Shown here piece by piece: positions 1 through 9,353 of a stretch of 64,000 nt of DNA. Each line of letters begins with the position of its first letter. Positions within the stretch are counted from its first letter, which is position 1. The DNA is from Thermoplasmatota archaeon (lineage in GTDB: Archaea; Thermoplasmatota; Penumbrarchaeia; Penumbrarchaeales; Penumbrarchaeaceae): NCBI GenBank assembly GCA_029762535.1, contig JARVGK010000007.1, positions 39,420 to 103,419 of the forward strand. The letters are read 5' to 3'. A program made the translations under genes and the position numbers. Under the pieces are notes generated by a model. It did no database searches. It was not told the DNA's origin and saw nothing but the letters and a program-made list of their open reading frames with translations.

Positions 1-1049
1 TTGATATCGAGGCCGCCGCCTCACTGATGGATGGGATCGATGACCTGCTGGTGATCGGCAACGGGGGCAGCGTCACATCTCTCAAGGGGTTGAGATGGCT
101 TGCCCCCGAATGGGAGGGGCGGCTTCATATCCTCGACACCGTGGACCCATCGCACCTAAAGAGGGTGAAAGAGCGCATAGAAGGACGCAGCGCGCACGTT
201 CTGGCCGTATCGAAGTCCGGCAGGAACATGAACGTGCTCGAGAACCTCTCCTTGTTCAAAGGGGTGCCGACCACGGTCGTTACGGCCCGTAGGAGGAGCC
301 CTCTTGGAGCGATGGCAAAGGGAAGAGGCTGGGACATCGTCGAGATCCCGGACGATGTGGGAGGGCGGTTCTCGGCGGGGACGGCCTCGGCGCTATTGCC
401 CGCCTCCGTGATGGGGATCGACGTGCGGTCGGTGTCCTCGGGGTTGCTGGAAGCATACGAGAAGGGGATGAAGGACAGGGATGTCCTGGACCTGTGCGGC
501 GCCATGTACCTCAAAGAGAGGATAGGGATGCGGACCCTTTTCATCCCGGTATATTCCAGGGCGTATTCGGGCTTCAACGATCTGGTGACCCAGCTGATGC
601 ACGAGACCCTCTGCAAGGACAGGAAGGGGCTGACGGCCCTGTGTTACGAAGGACCGGAGGTCCAGCACCACACGAACCAGAGGGTTCTCGACGGCCCGGA
701 GGACGTCATGTCCCTTTTCGTGACCGTTAAGGGATCGGAAGGCCCCCTGATAACATGGGACGATGATGTGATGATCGGGGATCGGGGGCTGGACGAGATC
801 GGAGGCTATTCCCTGGGATCCGCCATGAGATGTGAATATGAGGGCGTCATGGGACATATGAAGGAATTGCGAATGCCCTTCGCCCGGATCGAGATGGAGG
901 AGGAGAGCCCAAAAGCCCTCGGTAATTACATCGGTCTTTGGCACTACATCGCATATTACTCGGCACTGCTTCGGAACGTGAACCCCTTCGACCAGCCGGC
1001 CGTGGAGAAGGCCAAGGAGATCGGGATGGGGTTGCGGCTAGGTGGATGA
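1..1049 (+). CDS. pgi: glucose-6-phosphate isomerase (SIS/PGI family), probably 5'-truncated by the window edge
   Basis: ORF 27..1049. The frame stays open back to nt 3, so the start may lie upstream. Motifs VIGNGGS, SKSG and DDVGGRFS (GGRFS is the PGI signature). Confidence 0.75.
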   Translation, partial: DIEAAASLMDGIDDLLVIGNGGSVTSLKGLRWLAPEWEGRLHILDTVDPSHLKRVKERIEGRSAHVLAVSKSGRNMNVLENLSLFKGVPTTVVTARRRSPLGAMAKGRGWDIVEIPDDVGGRFSAGTASALLPASVMGIDVRSVSSGLLEAYEKGMKDRDVLDLCGAMYLKERIGMRTLFIPVYSRAYSGFNDLVTQLMHETLCKDRKGLTALCYEGPEVQHHTNQRVLDGPEDVMSLFVTVKGSEGPLITWDDDVMIGDRGLDEIGGYSLGSAMRCEYEGVMGHMKELRMPFARIEMEEESPKALGNYIGLWHYIAYYSALLRNVNPFDQPAVEKAKEIGMGLRLGG

Positions 1050-1131
1050 GGGGCATTCCTCTCGAAATATTCCCCCTGTCGTTAATAATTTCGGTCCCCT
1101 CCCCGGGTGGAGGTTTTATCCGCACAGAAGG

Positions 1132-1266
1132 ATGGGTGGACCCGGTGATGAAATGTACATCGGTCCCTCGGTCTGTCCATCCTGCGGCGAGAGAACGCTC
1201 GCCATGATGGGACCCTGCCCGTTCTGCTTCAACCCCCACTGCGATCTCAAGGGATGCTCTTTCTGA
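1132..1266 (+). CDS. small Cys-rich zinc-ribbon-like protein (hypothetical)
   Basis: In-frame ATGs at 1132 and 1153 within ORF 1042..1266. Contains CPSC...CPFC...HC..C. The short length makes it uncertain. Confidence 0.3.
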   Translation: MGGPGDEMYIGPSVCPSCGERTLAMMGPCPFCFNPHCDLKGCSF

Positions 1267-1340
1267 TGCGTTTGGTCCTCGTTAAGGAAAATTAAATGAG
1301 CCAACAAACCCCTATACCTCCCTGAAAAGGTGATCTCGCA

Positions 1341-1892
1341 ATGACGATGAACAATAGAACAGGGATGGCGGCCGCCCTGTCAGTGATCATGCTCGTCCTC
1401 GTCTGCGGATGCCTCGGAGGGGGTGGGGGGGAGGAGAAGGATGAGATCCCATCCACCTATCCCGGCGAGTTCGAGACCGAGGGGTCCGTTCCCCTGACAG
1501 CGCAGGCACAGCCCGTGACCCGCACCGAGGAGGTCCATTTCGATATCGTGGAAACGGATATCATGGACATCACCATAACGGTGAGCGTCGAGGACGGAGA
1601 TGATGGCACCAACCCGGACCTCGTGGATTCGATAAGGGTCTGGAGGGAGACGGGTGGAGATCCGGAAGAGGTTAAGGAAATGGCCGGCGGCAGCACGCCT
1701 TACGAGAACAGCGTTAGCTTTACCATGACCGGGAACGAGAACATGACCAACTGGTGGATCGTCGAGCTCACTGTTACATGCCATGCGGGGGAAGACACAT
1801 GGCCGGGGCCTATCATCTGGAGAGGGGTGCCGGATACAGGTTTCAGCTATCACATTCACGCATCTTTCAACGCATACAACAAGACCGCCTGA
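1341..1892 (+). CDS. secreted or lipid-anchored hypothetical protein
   Basis: The N-terminal hydrophobic segment ends in a lipobox-like LVCGC followed by a Gly run. The remainder is acidic and beta-rich. Confidence 0.6.
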   Translation: MTMNNRTGMAAALSVIMLVLVCGCLGGGGGEEKDEIPSTYPGEFETEGSVPLTAQAQPVTRTEEVHFDIVETDIMDITITVSVEDGDDGTNPDLVDSIRVWRETGGDPEEVKEMAGGSTPYENSVSFTMTGNENMTNWWIVELTVTCHAGEDTWPGPIIWRGVPDTGFSYHIHASFNAYNKTA

Positions 1893-2006
1893 TGAACGGT
1901 CCGACACTACGAACCTTCCATCCATGCAGTGAACCGTTCGAGTAAGTTTTAATAAGGGCGGTCATTTAGGGGGGGCATCCGTTGTGGCTTATTGGACGGT
2001 GCATTC

Positions 2007-3821
2007 ATGGCGAAGATAGGAATAACCGAACTTGTTTTGAGAGATGCTCACCAGTCACTTTTCGCGACCAGGATGAGGACCGAGGACATGCTTCCCATAT
2101 TGAAGAAGATGGACCAGGTGGGATACTGGGCAGTTGAGATGTGGGGAGGTGCGACCTTTGACGTCCCCATCAGGTATCTCAACCAGGATCCCTGGGACAG
2201 GCTGAGGGAGATCAAGAAGGCGATGCCCAATACCAACCTCATGATGCTTCTGAGGGCCCAGAACGTGGTGGCCTACAGGAACTTCCCCGATGACATCGTC
2301 GAGAACTTCGTAAGGCTCGCCCAAAAGAACGGGATCGACGTGTTCAGGATCTTCGATGCCCTCAACGACCTCAGGAACATGGAGGTCCCCATCAAGTCCG
2401 TCAAAGGTACCGGCGCGCACTGCCAGGCATCGGTCTCGTACACTATCTCCCCCATTCACACGGAAGAATACTTCGTCAAGAAGATGCTCAAGCTCGAGGA
2501 GTGGGGCGCCGATTCCATCTGCATAAAGGACATGGCGGGAATGATCTCGCCCAAGAGGGCGTACGACATCATCGGCGGGTACATCGAGGCCGGGGGGAAG
2601 TGCCCCATCGACCTCCACGCCCACTCCATATCCGGAATGACCGGCATGGCCTATCAGAGAGCTGCGGAGGCGGGGGTCAGCGTCGTGGACTGCGACATCT
2701 CCCCCTTCGCGGAGGGGACCGGGCACCCAGCGACAGAATCCACTGTATATGCCTTCAAGGGCACCGAGTGGGACACAGGGCTCGACATGGAGCTCCTCAT
2801 GGAGATCAGGGAATACTTCAGGACAGTGTTCAACAAGTACAGGCATCTGATCCGGATCGAGGCTCTCAGGCCCGATCCGTCCATTGTATTGCATCAGATC
2901 CCGGGAGGGATGATGTCGAACTTGGTCTCCCAGCTCGAGATGCAGGGGGCAAAGGACAAGCTGGACGCCGTTCTCAAGGAGGTACCAGTGGTCCGGGAGG
3001 AGCTCGGGTTCCCACCGCTGGTCACGCCCACGTCTCAGGTGGTCGGTGTCCAGGCGGTCATGAACGTGCTCTTCGGCAGGTACAAGAACATCCCCAGGGA
3101 GACGAAGGATTACGTGATGGGGATGTACGGGCAGTCCCCGGGCCCAATAAGAGATGAGATAAAGGAGATCGTGCTAGGTCCCGAATGGAAGAGCATGATC
3201 ATCACAGGCAGGCCCGCGGACTCCCTCGAGCCCGAGTTCGAGAAGAGGAAGAAGGAGCTCGAGGAGATGGGCCTTTTGAAGCAGGAGGAGGACATACTCA
3301 CATACGCGATCTACCCCCAGATCGGGCTCAAGTTCCTCAAGGGGGAGGCCTCTCCCGAGTTCACTTCTGAAAAACTACCCCTGCCTCTGGACCACCCACA
3401 GACCCGCGCCATGGTGAAGTCGTTCTTCCCAGAGGTAAAGGACATATACCTTTACGAAGAGGAGCCAAAGGGCGGCGGTCCGGTATCGATACCCACGGAG
3501 TTCGATGTCGAGGTCGACGGAGAGATGTTCGAGGTCAAGGTCAGCCCCAAGGGAGGGTTCATGGTCGCCGGAGGGGAAGGCGGTGCCCCGGCCCCCCCGA
3601 AGGACGTCGAGGGCGGTTTCAAGAGCCCGATGCAGGGGAACGTTCTATCGATCAAGGTCAAGGAAGGAGATGCGGTCACCGAAGGACAGGTTATCATGAC
3701 GGTCGAGGCCATGAAGATGGAGACCGAGGTCAAGATCGACCGCGCCGGGACCGTCAAACAGATCTTCGTCCAGTCCGGGGCGACCGTGGCGACCGGCGAT
3801 CTCCTGATTCAGGTGCTTTGA
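2007..3821 (+). CDS. pycB: pyruvate carboxylase subunit B / oxaloacetate decarboxylase alpha-type (carboxyltransferase plus biotinyl carrier domain)
   Basis: N-terminal LRDAHQS carboxyltransferase motif and C-terminal biotinylation motif EAMKMETE. ATG at 2007 within ORF 1992..3821. Immediately followed by a biotin carboxylase gene. Confidence 0.9.
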   Translation: MAKIGITELVLRDAHQSLFATRMRTEDMLPILKKMDQVGYWAVEMWGGATFDVPIRYLNQDPWDRLREIKKAMPNTNLMMLLRAQNVVAYRNFPDDIVENFVRLAQKNGIDVFRIFDALNDLRNMEVPIKSVKGTGAHCQASVSYTISPIHTEEYFVKKMLKLEEWGADSICIKDMAGMISPKRAYDIIGGYIEAGGKCPIDLHAHSISGMTGMAYQRAAEAGVSVVDCDISPFAEGTGHPATESTVYAFKGTEWDTGLDMELLMEIREYFRTVFNKYRHLIRIEALRPDPSIVLHQIPGGMMSNLVSQLEMQGAKDKLDAVLKEVPVVREELGFPPLVTPTSQVVGVQAVMNVLFGRYKNIPRETKDYVMGMYGQSPGPIRDEIKEIVLGPEWKSMIITGRPADSLEPEFEKRKKELEEMGLLKQEEDILTYAIYPQIGLKFLKGEASPEFTSEKLPLPLDHPQTRAMVKSFFPEVKDIYLYEEEPKGGGPVSIPTEFDVEVDGEMFEVKVSPKGGFMVAGGEGGAPAPPKDVEGGFKSPMQGNVLSIKVKEGDAVTEGQVIMTVEAMKMETEVKIDRAGTVKQIFVQSGATVATGDLLIQVL

Positions 3822-3822
3822 G

Positions 3823-5307
3823 GTGATGGGAATGGCTAGGGAAGGCCTGATAAACAAGGTAATGGTCGCGAACCGGGGCGAGATCGCCCTCAGGGTGATG
3901 AGGGCCTGCAAGGAGCTTGGCATATCCACCGTCGCCGTTTACAGCGATGCGGACAAGAACGCCCTCTTCGTCAGGTATGCGGACGAATCCTACAACATCG
4001 GCCCGGGACCCGCCAGGATGAGCTATCTCGATCAGGATAAGCTCATAGATGTGGCATTGAAAGCGAACGTCGAGGGCATACACCCCGGTTACGGCTTCCT
4101 GGCGGAGAACACACAATTCTGCAGGAAATGTCATAAGAACGGGATAGAGTTCATAGGGCCCCCTCCGGAGGCGATGGAGCTCATGGGATCGAAGATAGAT
4201 TCCAAGAGGTCCATGATCGCGGCCGGTGTCAGCGTCGTCCCCGGCGTCACAGAGGCGATCCCGGACCACGAGAGGGCAAAGGACATCGCCCATGAGATCG
4301 GATACCCGATAATGCTCAAGGCCTCCGCCGGCGGCGGAGGGATCGGGATCAGAATGGTCCCTGACGAGATCGAAATGGAGAAGGCGTTAGATTCGATAAA
4401 GGTCCTGGCCAAGAACTCCTTCGGGGACGACTCGGTTTTCATCGAGAAGTACATCTCCGATCCCAGGCACATAGAATACCAGGTCCTGGGGGACAAGAAC
4501 GGACACATGATACACCTGTACGAGAGGGAGTGCTCGGTCCAGAGGAGGCATCAGAAGCTCATCGAAGAGACGCCCTCCATGGCCTTGACCCCTGAGCTGA
4601 GGGAGGAGATCGGCGAGCAGGCGGTGCTGGCGGCCAAGACCGCTGGTTATCACAACGCTGGGACCTGCGAGTTCATGTTCAAGGACGACCAGTACTTCTT
4701 CCTCGAGATGAACACGAGGCTGCAGGTGGAGCATCCGATAACCGAGCAGGTCACCAGGACCGACCTCGCCCGTGAGATGCTATATGTCGCATCTGGCCTG
4801 GACCTTAGCTATGCCCAGGAGGATATTAAGCAGATAGGTCATTGCATCGAGTTCAGGATCAATGCAGAGGACCCCCTCAACCAGTTCGCCCCCTGCCCCG
4901 GGAAGATCACCAGGTACGCGGAGCCGAGCGGGATCGGGGTCCGGGTGGATTCCGGGGTCTATCAGGGTTTCACGATACCGCCGTTCTACGACTCGATGGT
5001 GGCGAAGCTTATCGTCTGGGGAGAGGATCGGAACTACTGCATCGAGAGGTCAAAGAGGGCACTGTTCGAGATGCAGGTGGGCGGCGTCAGAACGAACATC
5101 CCCTTCCATGAGGTCGTTCTCGAGCACCCTGCCTTCGTATCCGGAGATTACAACACCTCCTTCATCCCCAGGTACAACATCATGGAGCAGGTGGTGGAAT
5201 ACTACAAGCTAAAGAAGATGGGGCAGGGCAACGCGCAGAAGGCGGCCGCTATGGCCGCTGTAGAGGCTGTCATTGTCGCGGCCGCGCAGTCGAACGTATC
5301 GAAATGA
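3823..5307 (+). CDS. pycA: pyruvate carboxylase subunit A (biotin carboxylase, ATP-grasp)
   Basis: Motifs VANRGEIA, GYGFLAEN, MLKASAGGGGIGIR and EMNTRLQVEHP. Possible starts are GTG 3823, ATG 3826 or ATG 3832. The gap to the pycB stop is 1 nt. Confidence 0.9.
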   Translation: MMGMAREGLINKVMVANRGEIALRVMRACKELGISTVAVYSDADKNALFVRYADESYNIGPGPARMSYLDQDKLIDVALKANVEGIHPGYGFLAENTQFCRKCHKNGIEFIGPPPEAMELMGSKIDSKRSMIAAGVSVVPGVTEAIPDHERAKDIAHEIGYPIMLKASAGGGGIGIRMVPDEIEMEKALDSIKVLAKNSFGDDSVFIEKYISDPRHIEYQVLGDKNGHMIHLYERECSVQRRHQKLIEETPSMALTPELREEIGEQAVLAAKTAGYHNAGTCEFMFKDDQYFFLEMNTRLQVEHPITEQVTRTDLAREMLYVASGLDLSYAQEDIKQIGHCIEFRINAEDPLNQFAPCPGKITRYAEPSGIGVRVDSGVYQGFTIPPFYDSMVAKLIVWGEDRNYCIERSKRALFEMQVGGVRTNIPFHEVVLEHPAFVSGDYNTSFIPRYNIMEQVVEYYKLKKMGQGNAQKAAAMAAVEAVIVAAAQSNVSK

Positions 5308-5313
5308 TCGAGC

Positions 5314-5829
5314 TCATCTTCTTAGGATATAGGCCAGCGATGCCAGGGCAGCGAGGACAGCTATAGCCAATATCGTTACGGAACCGCATACGCTTCCTGC
5401 ATCGATGTCCTGGTCATCCATGATCGTTTCAAGGAGGTCCATCTCCACTTGGACATTGACCGTTTCCTCTTCATCCTCGTTCAGGACCAGCACGTATCTC
5501 ATTTCGGTCGCGTCATCTCCATAATCATACTTCACGGTCTTTGAGGTCACTCCCTCGAACTTCTGTTCGTATGAGGAGAAGTCCCCGCTCATTCCGGCGG
5601 TCATGAACTGGGTCTGTGTCATAATGTATATGGTCACGGGTCCGTCGCTTGAAAAAATCAGGTTATAGCTTCCTTTCGAGGTCATCGGGATCGGCATCCC
5701 ATCGTAGTCTCCAGGCCCCAGATCGAAATCGCCGGTGGGATTTACGGCAAGGACCATAAGCGGCCCGGCCGCCAATGCGCATATCAGGAACATTGCCGAT
5801 ATTAGAAATAGATATTTTTGCATATTCAC
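5314..5829 (-). CDS. hypothetical surface protein (N-terminal signal, C-terminal TM anchor)
   Basis: Hydrophobic N-terminus, acidic beta-rich body and C-terminal TM ending in ILRR. Confidence 0.6.
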   Translation of the reverse strand: MNMQKYLFLISAMFLICALAAGPLMVLAVNPTGDFDLGPGDYDGMPIPMTSKGSYNLIFSSDGPVTIYIMTQTQFMTAGMSGDFSSYEQKFEGVTSKTVKYDYGDDATEMRYVLVLNEDEEETVNVQVEMDLLETIMDDQDIDAGSVCGSVTILAIAVLAALASLAYILRR

Positions 5830-5982
5830 ACCCCGGGGATAATATGGTCAAGTTATAATATAAATCTTTCTTGATCTCGAGGGGCAGGGGGATCCCTTCG
5901 CCCCCCATTATTATCTTGGTACATTTTTGGATGTAGCTAACCTGCGAAGGGCTTATCTCATATTCCAACGATAAGGGGATCG

Positions 5983-7593
5983 ATGTCCATATTCCTCAAG
6001 CCCGAACATCAAGGGTCGGAAGAGGAGATGATGAAGGACCCCGTCTGGAACGGGGTCCCACCTGTAGGTAAGAATCCGATCGGGAGCCGATCCCGCCTCC
6101 TGATGCTCGTCCTTGCGGTGTTCATGGTCAAGATAACGATCTGGACCGTCTATCGCTGGATGACCGGGAACGTTTACCCGCTGACCGATCCCAGGGTCGA
6201 GGACTGGGTCAGCCTCTTTGCCAAACCCCTTCTACAGCTGGGGCCGGTCTTCATATTATGGTGGGTCCTCTTCAAGGAGAAGGGATCCCCCTTCAGGCTG
6301 ACCAAGGTCAATCTGTTCTCATCCCTGATATGGGGGTTGATCGGAGGCGTTCTGTTCTATATGGTCGCCTCCCTCATTTACGTAGGGCAGATGAACTTCT
6401 TCGGCTTCGGAAGGGACTTCCATGTTGTCGCAGGATGGATGCTCAGGGACGTGGGTTGGTTCGGGGTGATCTCGCTTCTATTCACATACATGCTCTCGAC
6501 CGGCCCCGCCGAGGAGCTGTTCTCGCGGGGTTTCATACAGGACCAGACCGCCAGGGGCTTCTCGCTCTCTACATCGATCATCATATCCGCATTCCTGTTC
6601 GCCATAGGTCATCTTCCCATATCCATAATGGTCCACAGGCTCTCCGCCACGGAGATCTTCTGGTACATGTGCGCCCTGATGCTCATGGGGATGTTCTTCT
6701 CCATCATCTATCAGATGTCCCGCAACATCGTGCTTGTGATCATCATACACGGGCTCTGGAACTGGTTCCTTACGCTCTTCGCTGTCAGGGGGGCCTACGA
6801 CGCATCGTTCCTTGCGAACGCGGGGGCGAACTTCGGAAGGGCGGACCTTATCAACACATTCCTGACCATATCGATCATGCTGCCTTTCTTCTATGCGTTG
6901 TACAGGATCTTCTGGAGAAAGCTGCGCTCCGGGGACAGGCCGGGGATCGAGGAGGCGCTGAGGGACATCCCAATAGTTAGGATGATAAGGGAGAGGGACA
7001 GGGGCGATTGGCCGAAAAGGCCCTGGATAATGACCGTCACCATCACGACCGTCTTCTGCCTTTCCATGATCCCGATCGCCGCTGTTGTGGGAACCTACGA
7101 TCCCTCCCTTGCATATGATAGGGTGACCCCTGAGAGCATGGATCCCATGGAGGTCCATAATGTATCCTCCGTCTTCAGCGAGAACTTCCTTCAGGAGGGG
7201 GATATGTTCTTATTCGATCTGGAGAGGAACATCACGATATACATGGTCAACGTGACCCTCAAGTGGACCGACGAGCCTCCCGCGGGTCCAAGATATACCA
7301 ATCTGGCGGATCATTTCAGGGTGGCCATTCTAGGTTCGGCCAGCGGAGAGCTGGATTCGGCCTCGGGATCGAGCGGGTTCATAGAGCTTCACTGGTCCAC
7401 GGACCCTGAGATGGCCCTGGACGATATCACTGTCTCTGTGGAAATGATCGAAGCGGGCGATCAGGAGCCGATGGTCTCCCTCATCGGCCTGCGTACGGTA
7501 AGTGACGACGGCAACTCGTTCCGGTTGGACGTATCATATCACACCGTCACATACCTACCAAGGACCGAAGAGAGCGGTGACGTGAGATGGTAA
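5983..7593 (+). CDS. CPBP (CAAX) family intramembrane metalloprotease with a C-terminal extracytoplasmic domain
   Basis: Polytopic. Carries the CPBP motifs EELFSRGF, FAIGH and HGLWN, plus a roughly 190-aa non-membrane C-terminal extension. Confidence 0.8.
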   Translation: MSIFLKPEHQGSEEEMMKDPVWNGVPPVGKNPIGSRSRLLMLVLAVFMVKITIWTVYRWMTGNVYPLTDPRVEDWVSLFAKPLLQLGPVFILWWVLFKEKGSPFRLTKVNLFSSLIWGLIGGVLFYMVASLIYVGQMNFFGFGRDFHVVAGWMLRDVGWFGVISLLFTYMLSTGPAEELFSRGFIQDQTARGFSLSTSIIISAFLFAIGHLPISIMVHRLSATEIFWYMCALMLMGMFFSIIYQMSRNIVLVIIIHGLWNWFLTLFAVRGAYDASFLANAGANFGRADLINTFLTISIMLPFFYALYRIFWRKLRSGDRPGIEEALRDIPIVRMIRERDRGDWPKRPWIMTVTITTVFCLSMIPIAAVVGTYDPSLAYDRVTPESMDPMEVHNVSSVFSENFLQEGDMFLFDLERNITIYMVNVTLKWTDEPPAGPRYTNLADHFRVAILGSASGELDSASGSSGFIELHWSTDPEMALDDITVSVEMIEAGDQEPMVSLIGLRTVSDDGNSFRLDVSYHTVTYLPRTEESGDVRW

Positions 7594-7669
7594 AATAAAA
7601 AAGAACGGGGCCCCGGACCAACCGGAGACCCCCATCGCCATGCTGAAGATGTTCCTCTTCTATCGGAAC

Positions 7670-9196
7670 TCAACGATCCTTGTCTATGTAGTACGTCTCG
7701 TAGAAATCGGCGTCGTGTGCATCCTTCTTGCCGATGCTCTCCCTGCGCCTCATCGCCATAAGCCCTCCTATGGACACGACCGCCACGACGACCACCAGAG
7801 CTACAGCGATGAAGAACACAATGCCAAGGACCATGACCCTGACGAAAGGCCTGTCCTGGTCCTGTTCATCAAGGGAGAGAACTCCCACTTCATAACCGGG
7901 GTCGTGGTATATGCTGGACCCGCCGGGGTAGGAAAACCCACCTACAACGCCGAAACCGGCGTAAAGAGCGCCGTTAGCGTTGATCCCCGCGAAAGCCCTT
8001 GCGAAATAGACCTGGAAGTGCATATCCGTCTCGTTCCCATCCACCGTGACGTTGGAGACCCAGGTCAGACCGCCTATCCTGTCCCAGTTGTCCCGTATCC
8101 CAAGATGGTTCTTCTGGATGATACGGGGCCGCTCGATGCCCTGGTTCAGGACGGGATCATCGCCTGTTATGCGCTTGATGTTCTTCGGTCCAAGGTTCTC
8201 GTATCCTGCGTTGGTGATGTATGAGGCGGACCCGTCCGCCTCCCCGAATCGCTCCCAGTACTGGTTCCTGAGATGCTCGGTGGCCTTTGGCGATATCGCG
8301 GTCAAAAAGAGTATCTCCGTCGAGAGCATCAAAGATCGATTGATATTCCTGCTGTGGAAATCCCATCCCTCGATGTAGTGGTCGTACTTCACATCGGCCG
8401 AGACCCTGCTCCCGCTGTAGGTTCGGTTGCCTTCTTCGGAGACGTCGCCCATGGACCAGTCCCCATTGCTCCTGCTGACCTCCACGCGATATACCGGTAC
8501 ATCATCGACGGCAACGTTGTTCCTCTGCGCGTATAGATGGAAGGTCAGCTCCACCTTCTCGAGCTTGTTCTGCCTGTCAACGGGGAGGCCCATAAGCGGC
8601 CCCTTGTAACCAAGGTCCTGCGCGGTGAGGGTCACTTCCCATTCCACGGAACCGTTCCCATTATCGGTCTTCTTCGTGTTCGAAGGGGTCCATCCAGTCC
8701 TCAGGGGCACCTTCTTGAATACCGGTTCAATGGTGTTTATATCGGAATCGTTCCCCTGATGACCCGAGGACCTTCTCGAGTCCCAGATCCCGTCCCCGTC
8801 CCTGTCATCGAACTCGTATATCGTATCGAATCGCTGGGCATAGAGGGTCTTCACCGGGATCGGCTTTCCAGATCGCAGCAGGTCCCCGTCCTCGTCATAT
8901 ATATCGGCGACCCCCAGGTACCTGGTGAAGATCGATATAACGTACACGTGGTTGGGGTTCTCCTCCGTTCCATAGAGAAGGCCTATCATGGCGTCGTTGT
9001 CCTCGTTGTGTATTCCGATGAAGTCCCCGCCGCCAAGGACGTTCTCGATCCTCTTCTCCGTCACTTTCAGCTCCGGGAACTCGGTCCCGGCCTCCGCCTC
9101 GGGTGCGCCTGATGCGAAGCTCATACCTCCTGTGAGGATTAGGATCGCGAGGGACACCGCGAGCGCCATTGTCGTTCCTGCTTTCATTTTCTTCAC
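7670..9196 (-). CDS. large secreted hypothetical protein with C-terminal TM anchor
   Basis: N-terminal signal-like MKKMKAGTTMALAVSLAILIL and a C-terminal TM followed by a charged tail. No family recognised. Confidence 0.65.
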   Translation of the reverse strand: MKKMKAGTTMALAVSLAILILTGGMSFASGAPEAEAGTEFPELKVTEKRIENVLGGGDFIGIHNEDNDAMIGLLYGTEENPNHVYVISIFTRYLGVADIYDEDGDLLRSGKPIPVKTLYAQRFDTIYEFDDRDGDGIWDSRRSSGHQGNDSDINTIEPVFKKVPLRTGWTPSNTKKTDNGNGSVEWEVTLTAQDLGYKGPLMGLPVDRQNKLEKVELTFHLYAQRNNVAVDDVPVYRVEVSRSNGDWSMGDVSEEGNRTYSGSRVSADVKYDHYIEGWDFHSRNINRSLMLSTEILFLTAISPKATEHLRNQYWERFGEADGSASYITNAGYENLGPKNIKRITGDDPVLNQGIERPRIIQKNHLGIRDNWDRIGGLTWVSNVTVDGNETDMHFQVYFARAFAGINANGALYAGFGVVGGFSYPGGSSIYHDPGYEVGVLSLDEQDQDRPFVRVMVLGIVFFIAVALVVVVAVVSIGGLMAMRRRESIGKKDAHDADFYETYYIDKDR

Positions 9197-9353
9197 CTCG
9201 AGGGCCCCTCTACGGGCCCATGACAGCCATATTCGCTTTTTTTAGGCATATAAGCAGCGCGTAATTGTCCCTACTTGTATCATGTAGTGCTCGCGTAAGA
9301 CCGAATGAAAGTGGGATGACAACTATTGAATAACACCGGATCGATGATGTATC

